Origin: a virus
Taxonomy: Duplodnaviria; Caudoviricetes
IMG/VR virus record: IMGVR_UViG_3300039208_000071
Coordinates: 1-26,058 of that record
DNA length: 26,058 nucleotides
Strand: one strand, 5' to 3'
The stretch's first letter is position 1. Each line of letters begins with the position of its first letter. The translations under genes and the position numbers were made by a program. Positions 1 to 6,422 of the stretch are shown here, piece after piece. The notes beneath the pieces are model-generated. The model saw only the letters and a list, made by a program, of their open reading frames with translations, did not search any database and was not told where the DNA came from.

Positions 1-360
1 GGGGAGCGAATAAATTTCGTTGTCGTCGGGATTAATGTAGCAGATCTTGCGAAGGATACGCTTGGCGTCTTTTGAGTACAGCCAATCGTTTACCATATCG
101 CAGCAACGGCTTTCCAAGCTGTCGTATTTGCTGCGCTTGTTATCCTCGCACCACTTGATAGCTTCTTCGAGCTTGGCGCGGTTAACGGGGCAGGGTTCGC
201 CTTGCTTGTTCGGCAAGGCATGCCAATTGTCGCAGCCGCCATGCCCGTCATTGCTAACGATGGCAGTGCGTACACCATCAATGTAAAGCGTAGCCTCGTA
301 GCAATGCGTTTCTTGTGAAGCGAATTCCGAGTGTTTGATGTTTTTTAGTTCTAAGTTCAT
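1..360 (-). CDS. Hypothetical early phage protein, partial (runs off the left edge)
   Basis: Hand translation from the ATG at 360 gives MNLELKNIKHSEFASQETHCYEATLYIDGVRTAIVSNDGHGGCD..., open to position 1. It is preceded by AGAGGAAACCAAACC. It is absent from the ORF track because no stop codon lies in the window. Confidence 0.85.
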   Translation of the reverse strand, partial: MNLELKNIKHSEFASQETHCYEATLYIDGVRTAIVSNDGHGGCDNWHALPNKQGEPCPVNRAKLEEAIKWCEDNKRSKYDSLESRCCDMVNDWLYSKDAKRILRKICYINPDDNEIYSLP

Positions 361-595
361 GGTTTGGTTTCCTCTATTCAGGGGTGAATTGAATGTCGAG
401 ATCATAAGCAAAACTACCATCGCTTAATTCTTCGGCGATCAGGTTGACGCGAATGTCGCTAACTTCGCAACCTTGGAAGTACACGTAATTGACGCCGTCA
501 GTCTTAGCGGTTTGCAATACTTCGATCAGGTCGTCGACGGTTTGTTCAACAGGCCACTGGCCGATAACTCTTCTATTCATGGTTTGGTTTCCTCT
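356..595 (-). repeat. Identical 20-bp translation-initiation segment in front of two consecutive genes (356-375 and 576-595)
   Basis: TTCATGGTTTGGTTTCCTCT occurs exactly twice and reads AGAGGAAACCAAACC-ATG-AA on the minus strand. Confidence 0.95.
374..580 (-). CDS. Small acidic hypothetical protein (68 aa, MNRRVIGQW...)
   Basis: The true start is probably the ATG at 580, directly behind the AGAGGA SD and downstream of a promoter. The track's extension to 757 crosses that promoter. Confidence 0.8.
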   Translation of the reverse strand: MNRRVIGQWPVEQTVDDLIEVLQTAKTDGVNYVYFQGCEVSDIRVNLIAEELSDGSFAYDLDIQFTPE

Positions 596-622
596 GTTTG
601 TTGATTGGTTACTACACTCCTT

Positions 623-650
623 ATTATAGATTATGTGCAGCAATATGCAA
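623..650 (-). promoter_or_regulatory. Leftward sigma70-type promoter
   Basis: The minus strand reads TTGCAT (650-645), a 16-nt spacer, then TATAAT (628-623). An AT-rich stretch lies upstream and the SD and ATG at 580 lie downstream. Confidence 0.75.
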
Positions 651-718
651 CACATTATTATATAGGGGCTAAGGCGACCGCGACCGACGCGCTCGGCACG
701 ACCACACGCAGCCGCGAG

Positions 719-735
719 CTGGCACGATCCTTGCA
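719..735 (+). promoter_or_regulatory. sigma54 (-24/-12) consensus site 1
   Basis: CTGGCACGATCCTTGCA fits YTGGCACG-N4-TTGCW, with GG(721-722)-N10-GC(733-734). Confidence 0.8.
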
Positions 736-738
736 TCA

Positions 739-754
739 TGCACGATTCATGCCA
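739..754 (-). promoter_or_regulatory. sigma54 consensus site 2 (opposite strand)
   Basis: The reverse complement is TGGCATGAATCGTGCA, with correct GG-N10-GC spacing. Confidence 0.65.
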
Positions 755-763
755 CATCGAGAG

Positions 764-780
764 TTGGCATCATCCTTGCA
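764..780 (+). promoter_or_regulatory. sigma54 consensus site 3
   Basis: TTGGCATCATCCTTGCA, with GG(766-767)-N10-GC(778-779). Confidence 0.75.
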
Positions 781-801
781 TGTTGTTGCTGATCGCTGAC
801 A

Positions 802-885
802 CTGACAGCTTGTAGGTCCAGGACTACAGCACGTAGGTCCAGGCTGACAGCGTGTAGGTGCCGGCTGACGGGGTGTAGGAGGGGG
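802..885. repeat. Four imperfect 21-bp tandem repeats (consensus about CTGACAGCGTGTAGGTCCAGG)
   Basis: Units lie at 802-822, 823-843, 844-864 and 865-885, and the GTAGG core recurs at an exact 21-bp period. Confidence 0.9.
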
Positions 886-1105
886 AAATAGTTTTTGGGG
901 GCGCTCGCTGGAACAAGTACCATATGAACCTAATCCACAGTCGCTCTTCGCTTTTTCGTTTTAACCCCTGGAAAATTTCCGCAACTATCAGGTTTTCCGA
1001 AATTGATAGATCGTTATCAGCGTTGATAGTGGTGCTTGCGGGTCCCATCCAGGCGAAAAATATAAATTTTTCGGAAATTTATAGCTTTCTTATATGTGCA
1101 GCATC

Positions 1106-1115
1106 GTGATACACT
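1106..1115 (+). promoter_or_regulatory. Putative rightward extended -10 promoter
   Basis: gTGaTACACT (TGn plus -10) follows an AT-rich tract about 85 nt upstream of the ATG at 1201. The -35 element is poor. Confidence 0.5.
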
Positions 1116-1124
1116 AAACCCACT

Positions 1125-1176
1125 CCCCGGAGCCGTCGAGTCAGAGGCGGTTCGCTGACTCGACGTAAGTCCGGGG
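1125..1176 (+). other. Long leader RNA hairpin
   Basis: An inner 11-bp stem (CGTCGAGTCAG 1134-1144 / CTGACTCGACG 1155-1165) and an outer 7-bp stem (CCCCGGA 1125-1131 / TCCGGGG 1170-1176) are separated by an internal loop. Confidence 0.8.
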
Positions 1177-1200
1177 GGCCAACTAACGAGAGAAACCAAT

Positions 1201-1629
1201 ATGTTTAGCTACTATTTCAAGTACCGAATGGCCAAAGACGCGCTCGAACGCGCGGACGAACTGGCCGAAGCAAAAACCAAGGAATGCCGCGAGTTCGCCA
1301 AGCGTTTATCGCAGTCGACTATCGACCTCGAGCTGGCAAACACGAAGGCCAACGACCAGGAACAAATAATTGCGCAGCTCAAACGCGAACTGAACGAGGC
1401 GAACGAAAAAATACGTGAGCAGACCGGCGCAGATTTGCTGGTCAATGCGCTGCGCGAACTCGGCGTCGTGCCGAAACCGGCGCCGAAGTATGATGCGTTC
1501 GCCGAACAGGCGCGGCTGCATCAATTGCTTTACAAGGATAACCGTGATTTAGGCAATCAACGCGCTGGCCAGTCGGCCCAGGCGCACAGAACGGGGTTGT
1601 CCGATGTGCTCGGGGGTGCGGTCCGATGA
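1201..1629 (+). CDS. Hypothetical coiled-coil protein (142 aa)
   Basis: ORF with a GAGAG leader, a heptad-like helical middle, and an ATGA overlap with the next gene. Confidence 0.8.
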   Translation: MFSYYFKYRMAKDALERADELAEAKTKECREFAKRLSQSTIDLELANTKANDQEQIIAQLKRELNEANEKIREQTGADLLVNALRELGVVPKPAPKYDAFAEQARLHQLLYKDNRDLGNQRAGQSAQAHRTGLSDVLGGAVR

Positions 1630-1805
1630 AAATCAACATGACGTTCGAGATTGACGACGAGGACCGGATGGCGTTAGCTATGCGCAACGGGACGAAAGGC
1701 CGCGCCGATCGAGAGACGATTGAGACGGAAATCAAGTCCCTGGTCGATACGGCTTTCGAGGATTACCGGTTCGATTACACCGTGTCAAAGGAGTTGGAAG
1801 CATGA
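1626..1805 (+). CDS. Small hypothetical protein (59 aa), possibly ribbon-helix-helix-like
   Basis: Hand translation gives MKINMTFEIDDEDRMALAMRNGTKGRADRETIETEIKSLVDTAFEDYRFDYTVSKELEA, with ATGA overlaps at both ends. It is not in the track, and the fold is a guess. Confidence 0.75.
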   Translation: MKINMTFEIDDEDRMALAMRNGTKGRADRETIETEIKSLVDTAFEDYRFDYTVSKELEA

Positions 1806-2005
1806 GCGAATACGACCCCGAGATATACAAGGAAGCCGCGCGGAAATGCTGCGAAGCGTTGGGGCAAAACCCCGATGAAATGGTAAGTTACCCGCACCCG
1901 AAAGGTTACGCGGTTCACGTGCAACATCCGCGCTGGATGTCCGTCGCCGTGGAAATGTACCGCCTTGATGTGATGATGGCTTGCCTGAAACGGTGGAAGG
2001 AATGA
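1802..2005 (+). CDS. Hypothetical protein (67 aa)
   Basis: AAGGAG lies upstream, and there is ATGA coupling on both sides. Confidence 0.75.
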   Translation: MSEYDPEIYKEAARKCCEALGQNPDEMVSYPHPKGYAVHVQHPRWMSVAVEMYRLDVMMACLKRWKE

Positions 2006-2175
2006 GCAAGCCCGATTTCTGGTACTGCCCGCGCTGTGTTTACCGGTTGACTGAAACCGAGTACCGTAGCAAACCGTTCGACTTTGTTTGCCCAAGGTGT
2101 TATCAAAACACGGAAAACCCGCCCAGGGTGATTGATTTCAAGCCGAACAACGCCGAAGCGAGGAAACGCCGATGA
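2002..2175 (+). CDS. Small zinc-ribbon protein (57 aa)
   Basis: Two CPRC knuckles (YCPRC...VCPRC). The ATG at 2002 overlaps the previous stop. Confidence 0.75.
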   Translation: MSKPDFWYCPRCVYRLTETEYRSKPFDFVCPRCYQNTENPPRVIDFKPNNAEARKRR

Positions 2176-2405
2176 AAGATTCAGAGGGTAACGTGATTAA
2201 AAAGGGCTGCCGGCTCAAGTCGAGCATGCACCCGGACGGGATTGAGATTATTTGCGACGAGGTCGGCCCGTCGACGGTGGCGTTGAAATCGCACCCGGAC
2301 GGACTGCCCTGGGTAATGACGCAGGAGGATTTGAATCACTCCAAATGGGTGGTCAGTAGTTACCCGTGGGTGGTCAGCAGCTACCCAAAAGCGACGCCGC
2401 CATGA
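2172..2405 (+). CDS. Hypothetical protein (77 aa)
   Basis: GAGGA SD, ATGA coupling, and a C-terminal WVVSSYP duplication. Confidence 0.75.
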   Translation: MKDSEGNVIKKGCRLKSSMHPDGIEIICDEVGPSTVALKSHPDGLPWVMTQEDLNHSKWVVSSYPWVVSSYPKATPP

Positions 2406-2668
2406 TCGACGCGTTAACACCGCTGGATTACCACATCGATGTATTCGTTGCACGGCTGCGTGCGGCGCTCTACGTGATGTTTCACCCGACCACGCGCATG
2501 TATGAGGAAACGAAAACGTTTGTGTGCCATCGGGACATCGAAACGCGCGAAGTGGTGCGCTGTGTTGCCGTCGTGAAAGGCTCTATTTTGCACGGCAACC
2601 TGCGCGCGGTGAAAATCTATTACGGCAAGCCCCAGGTACCGGTCGAATTGTTCAACGCTTCGCTGTAA
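2402..2668 (+). CDS. Hypothetical protein (88 aa)
   Basis: The ATG at 2402 overlaps the previous TGA. It is the last gene before an intergenic gap. Confidence 0.7.
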   Translation: MIDALTPLDYHIDVFVARLRAALYVMFHPTTRMYEETKTFVCHRDIETREVVRCVAVVKGSILHGNLRAVKIYYGKPQVPVELFNASL

Positions 2669-2689
2669 CTTCCCTTTTTCCGTTAACTG

Positions 2690-2700
2690 GTGGTAATATC
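2690..2700 (+). promoter_or_regulatory. Putative extended -10 promoter for the structural block
   Basis: gTGgTAATATc lies in the intergenic gap and resembles gTGgTATATTc at 13790-13800. Confidence 0.45.
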
Positions 2701-2731
2701 GCCCCGACTCGCGTTGCAACGAGGGCATACG

Positions 2732-3007
2732 ATGTCTTATCACCGAACCGGCGGCAAAGGCGGTACCCGAAATTCGCCGCGTGAGCGCCACGCGGATCGC
2801 TTCTTACCCAATTTCAACAAGTCCACGTCAGGCGGTCATTCCAGGAAGCCGAGCAAGGGCCGGCGCATGGACAACCCGGGCAAAGGCAGCAAACCGAAGG
2901 ACACGCCCGAGCAGCGCTACAAGCGCATGATGGGCGGGCAGAAAATGCGACGCACGGGCTTGGATCGCGCGTTAAGCGGCAAGTCTGGAATCACCGACAA
3001 GTACTAA
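2732..3007 (+). CDS. Small, highly basic Gly/Arg/Lys-rich protein (91 aa)
   Basis: GAGGG SD precedes the ATG at 2732 (MSYHRTGGKGG...). The composition suggests disorder, and there is TAATG coupling to the next gene. Confidence 0.8.
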   Translation: MSYHRTGGKGGTRNSPRERHADRFLPNFNKSTSGGHSRKPSKGRRMDNPGKGSKPKDTPEQRYKRMMGGQKMRRTGLDRALSGKSGITDKY

Positions 3008-3177
3008 TGCCGTTTACGAAGATGGCAAGCGGTAAGTACCGCAGCCCATCGGGGCGCGTGATGACCGGCGCCCAGGTTCGGGCTTACTACGCGAAGAAAC
3101 GCAAAGGTCCGAAACAAACTCCAAAAGCAAACAACCGACGGCGTAAACCAATGGGCAGGGCAGGAATGGGCGGATGA
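3007..3177 (+). CDS. Small basic protein (56 aa)
   Basis: Hand translation gives MPFTKMASGKYRSPSGRVMTGAQVRAYYAKKRKGPKQTPKANNRRRKPMGRAGMGG. It is coupled at both ends and is not in the track. Confidence 0.8.
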   Translation: MPFTKMASGKYRSPSGRVMTGAQVRAYYAKKRKGPKQTPKANNRRRKPMGRAGMGG

Positions 3178-4961
3178 ACGGCAGCACGGTAATCGCACAA
3201 CCTGGATCGGCGTTTGGCAGCGTCACGCTGCAACAGGCATACGATAACGCGTTTGCGTCGGATCCCCACATACTCGCGCAAACCGCGGACCCGATCCGGT
3301 TTCGCTCGGATGCGACCGGGCCGGTCTTGCAGGTTCAGGACACGGTCGGCGCCAACATTCTCGAGGTCGATGACACGTTCGTCGAGGTAGACGGTAATCT
3401 CAGGATTGTCGACGCGTTCGTCAACCACGGCGCAGCGAACTCGCTGACGCTCACAGACAACTACGATGCCGGCGTTCCGTTCATCGGCGGCGGCATCCTG
3501 TCGAACGGCACGGTCGGCTATTCAAACACGACCTGGATCTGGGCGTTGCTGCAAGAATCCAAGATTTACCAGGCAAGAGTCGGCCCTGGGTTTGCCGCGT
3601 TTACCCTGTTTAACGCGCTCGCGCGCATCGAGAACGATGGTAACTTTGACCTGGTTCAGGCGCTCGTTTTAAACAACGGCGTGCGCCATGCACGTACCAG
3701 CGCCGGTACCAGCACCACCGTTCAGAATATCGGTTTATCCAATAGCCCGTCGCTTCAAACCACGGTGCTCGGTGCGGTTATGACGAAGTCAACCGGCGAC
3801 ACGGCGGTTACGCACCGTCCTGGTTTTTCAACCGTCGGATTTTCCACCGTCAATTTCGGCACGTCTCGAGGACTTCACTACTTCGAACCAGCAGTAGTCT
3901 TGTTTGGTTCGGCAGCGGGCACGGAGAACGTCACGGCGGAAATCGCTGTCGATGTCGAGGCGTTGCCCAGTTTCGGTAACATCGTCAAAAACGCGCTGCG
4001 CTCACAACTGGCTGCCGCCAGTAACACGCGGGTAATTAACGCGCTCGGTACGGCGCAATCGGATTTCGGTGGCACGATCAACATGACCGCCGACCTCGTC
4101 GGTATTCAATACGGCGCCTCGCAAGACTGGTTCGAAGCCTGGGCCGGTGCGGGTTACAAGATCGAGCAAAATGCCAGTCCGCTTGAACAATTCCGTAAGT
4201 CGTTCCCGGCGGCGGGGCGCATGTTATTTGACTGGTCGAACGATATGGAATGGACGGTTAATTGCGTTGACGGTTTCAGCATCGGCGCGCAGTCAGGCGC
4301 GAACGGTAACCAGTACGGTAACGTGGTAACCAATGGCCTGACGCCCGCGGCGGCGGGTGATGCGACCGGTATTTTACTGACGCACGCCAACAACTTTGTC
4401 AACAACACGGTCGGCACACGTGGGCGCGTTTCGGCCTGGGTGATCAACGGGTTCAGCTATTCCAACTCGACCGGTACCGTTACTGATAGCGACACATTGA
4501 CCGTATCGGGCATGGTCACGAGCTCGCCGGGCGTGACGATTACCAATCGCCAATCGATCAACGTGATCGCAGGCCGGTCCAGGTTTCAAAGTGCCATGCA
4601 ATACAACCCGATCAACCCGGCGGCGTTGTCGGCGGGTGATAATAACGATTGGGCCGGGTTGCTGACGGGCAGTGCTAACAACGGCATGCGGCACTGGGCG
4701 CGAGTTACCCCGGACGGTGGCGGTACGTCGGTTATTACCGGTATCGACTCGTCATCGGCGCAAGACGGCGATTGTTTTAAGATTACCAACATTGGCACGG
4801 TCAACCTGACCATCGGCCATCAAGACGTTGCATCGTCGGCCAGTAACCGAATTATCAGCCCAACGGTAGCCGATTTTGTACTAGCGGCGACGCAAAGTTG
4901 TGAAGTAATATGGGATGCTGTGACTGATCGCTGGCGCTTACTTTACGGATCAGGAACTTGA
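3174..4961 (+). CDS. Putative virion fibre/spike protein (595 aa)
   Basis: Composition is G/T/N/A/S/V-rich and beta-like with very few Lys. The C-terminal ITGI...ITNIGTVNLTI...SNRI...WDAVTDRWR segment resembles phage fibre terminal domains. Confidence 0.6.
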   Translation: MNGSTVIAQPGSAFGSVTLQQAYDNAFASDPHILAQTADPIRFRSDATGPVLQVQDTVGANILEVDDTFVEVDGNLRIVDAFVNHGAANSLTLTDNYDAGVPFIGGGILSNGTVGYSNTTWIWALLQESKIYQARVGPGFAAFTLFNALARIENDGNFDLVQALVLNNGVRHARTSAGTSTTVQNIGLSNSPSLQTTVLGAVMTKSTGDTAVTHRPGFSTVGFSTVNFGTSRGLHYFEPAVVLFGSAAGTENVTAEIAVDVEALPSFGNIVKNALRSQLAAASNTRVINALGTAQSDFGGTINMTADLVGIQYGASQDWFEAWAGAGYKIEQNASPLEQFRKSFPAAGRMLFDWSNDMEWTVNCVDGFSIGAQSGANGNQYGNVVTNGLTPAAAGDATGILLTHANNFVNNTVGTRGRVSAWVINGFSYSNSTGTVTDSDTLTVSGMVTSSPGVTITNRQSINVIAGRSRFQSAMQYNPINPAALSAGDNNDWAGLLTGSANNGMRHWARVTPDGGGTSVITGIDSSSAQDGDCFKITNIGTVNLTIGHQDVASSASNRIISPTVADFVLAATQSCEVIWDAVTDRWRLLYGSGT

Positions 4962-4962
4962 T

Positions 4963-5475
4963 ATGACTACTTTACAAGAAGCTTTTGATGCTGGAATTGA
5001 CGCGGTAATAGCCGATAATTCCTTGAACCGCGGCGGCTTCGTTGACGCGATGCAAACCGTTATCTCACGTGGCCTTAGCAACGCCGAGGGCAATGCCTTC
5101 GTCGATGCCGTCGCGGTGTTTTACGAGCAAAACGGAATTATCAACAACCCGACGTACAACAACTTGCGCAACGAAATCGTCAACGAAGGCGCGGACGTAG
5201 CGAAACGGCTATTCCTGAACCTGGGCGCGGGTATCAATGCGCTGCCCGAAGCCGTGCCGGTAAACAACGCCGCGCGCTTGCAGGACTTACGCGAGGACCG
5301 CGACCAGATTGACGCGGGCCTGACACGCCTGGATGAACTCATCGCAGTCGAACCGCCTGGAACCGTCGGGCGTTTCGTCAAAGATATTTTGCGCCAGGGT
5401 AAACAACAGTTGCGCCAGTACAAGCAGGAAGTGCGCGATCAAATCCAAAACCTCACCGGTAACCCGGACTCATAG
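4963..5475 (+). CDS. Hypothetical helical protein (170 aa)
   Basis: AGGA SD. The C-terminus is a coiled coil, and the N-terminal TLQEAFD resembles a motif in the upstream protein. Confidence 0.8.
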   Translation: MTTLQEAFDAGIDAVIADNSLNRGGFVDAMQTVISRGLSNAEGNAFVDAVAVFYEQNGIINNPTYNNLRNEIVNEGADVAKRLFLNLGAGINALPEAVPVNNAARLQDLREDRDQIDAGLTRLDELIAVEPPGTVGRFVKDILRQGKQQLRQYKQEVRDQIQNLTGNPDS

Positions 5476-5486
5476 GAGACTCGCCA

Positions 5487-5735
5487 ATGTCGACCCAAAA
5501 CGAACCGAAAGAAAATCCGTCGAAGCCAAACGGCGGCAACGTAGCTGCAATGCCGAACGAGGCACCCCAAGCGCCGCCTACGGTGAAATGCTTTGTCGTG
5601 CCGATTGACTCGATGGAAGTGCTGCGCGATGCGGTGCGGGAAGCCCCGTACAAGATTGCTCAACAGGCCATCGCGCATATGTCGACGTTCCAAGTGATGG
5701 ACGTACCGGTCAACATGCCGCAAATCGATGACTGA
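5487..5735 (+). CDS. Hypothetical protein (82 aa)
   Basis: AGGAG SD and an overlap with the next gene. Confidence 0.75.
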   Translation: MSTQNEPKENPSKPNGGNVAAMPNEAPQAPPTVKCFVVPIDSMEVLRDAVREAPYKIAQQAIAHMSTFQVMDVPVNMPQIDD

Positions 5736-6168
5736 TATTGTTATACAAACAAAGCTGAACGGGGCCGTGGTTAACGGACTGGCTGCCGATCCTGACATTA
5801 CGATTGTCCGCCTGGATACGGATGCGGTGGTTGTGAACGCTGTCGATATGTCCGACCAGGGCGTCGGCGGACTGTACAAGTTTGACTTTACCGGCGCCGT
5901 GGCGGGGCTGCGTTACAGCGGTTTTGTTGACGCCGACCCGCTAAACACGGGGCAGGTCGATGATCGCTACTACATTCTTGCGTTCGATACCGAGCAGAAT
6001 GATATCTGGCGCGACCGTGGCCTAGATCCGGCGAACGCCAAAACCGTCGATGACAACGGCGTCGCGGATGACGCGGACATTGACGAAGACGTTGCCGCCG
6101 GTGATGGTGCGACGATCCATAAGGACGTACTGACCGCCGGTAACGTGACGACGATCACGAGAACGTAA
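5728..6168 (+). CDS. Acidic putative virion structural protein (146 aa)
   Basis: D/V/G/A/T-rich, with a beta-sandwich-like N-terminal half (ITIVRL...GLYKFDF). Confidence 0.65.
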   Translation: MTDIVIQTKLNGAVVNGLAADPDITIVRLDTDAVVVNAVDMSDQGVGGLYKFDFTGAVAGLRYSGFVDADPLNTGQVDDRYYILAFDTEQNDIWRDRGLDPANAKTVDDNGVADDADIDEDVAAGDGATIHKDVLTAGNVTTITRT

Positions 6169-6170
6169 AT

Positions 6171-6422
6171 GTGGGCGCCCCGAGCAGAATCGGAATCGCA
6201 ACGCACGGCTACCGCCGGGGTGATAGCAATCCGGGCAAGGTTTGCATTGCTACGCACGGTTATCGCTGCCTGGAACCGGATATTGTGGTCGATGACCCGT
6301 TCGGTGGCGGCATGGGCCACGGCGCCGTTATCCTGGACCAGATCGAACAGCGAAAGGATTTGCCCGTGGACCCGAAATATATAGCACTCGCCATCATCGC
6401 AATCGAGGAAATGAACGAATGA
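6171..6422 (+). CDS. Hypothetical protein (83 aa) with a duplicated IATHGYR motif
   Basis: GTG start 2 nt after the previous stop and an ATGA overlap downstream. The repeat copies differ only synonymously in this frame. Confidence 0.75.
   Translation: MGAPSRIGIATHGYRRGDSNPGKVCIATHGYRCLEPDIVVDDPFGGGMGHGAVILDQIEQRKDLPVDPKYIALAIIAIEEMNE

Noticed and set aside
694-710. Fourth sigma54 site
   Set aside because: The GG-to-GC spacing is 11 rather than the required 10.
802-885. CRISPR array
   Set aside because: The repeats are contiguous and degenerate, with no unique spacers and no cas genes.
581-1199. Track ORFs 605-799, 824-1048, 924-1109, 1017-1199 and the upstream extension of 374-757
   Set aside because: They cross promoters, repeats and palindromes, lack SD sequences and have unnatural composition.
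4860-4961. DGR variable region at the fibre C-terminus
   Set aside because: No template repeat or reverse transcriptase is seen in the window.
6169-6384. ATG-started ORF competing with 6171-6422
   Set aside because: The synonymous repeat pattern and stop/start coupling support the 6171 frame.
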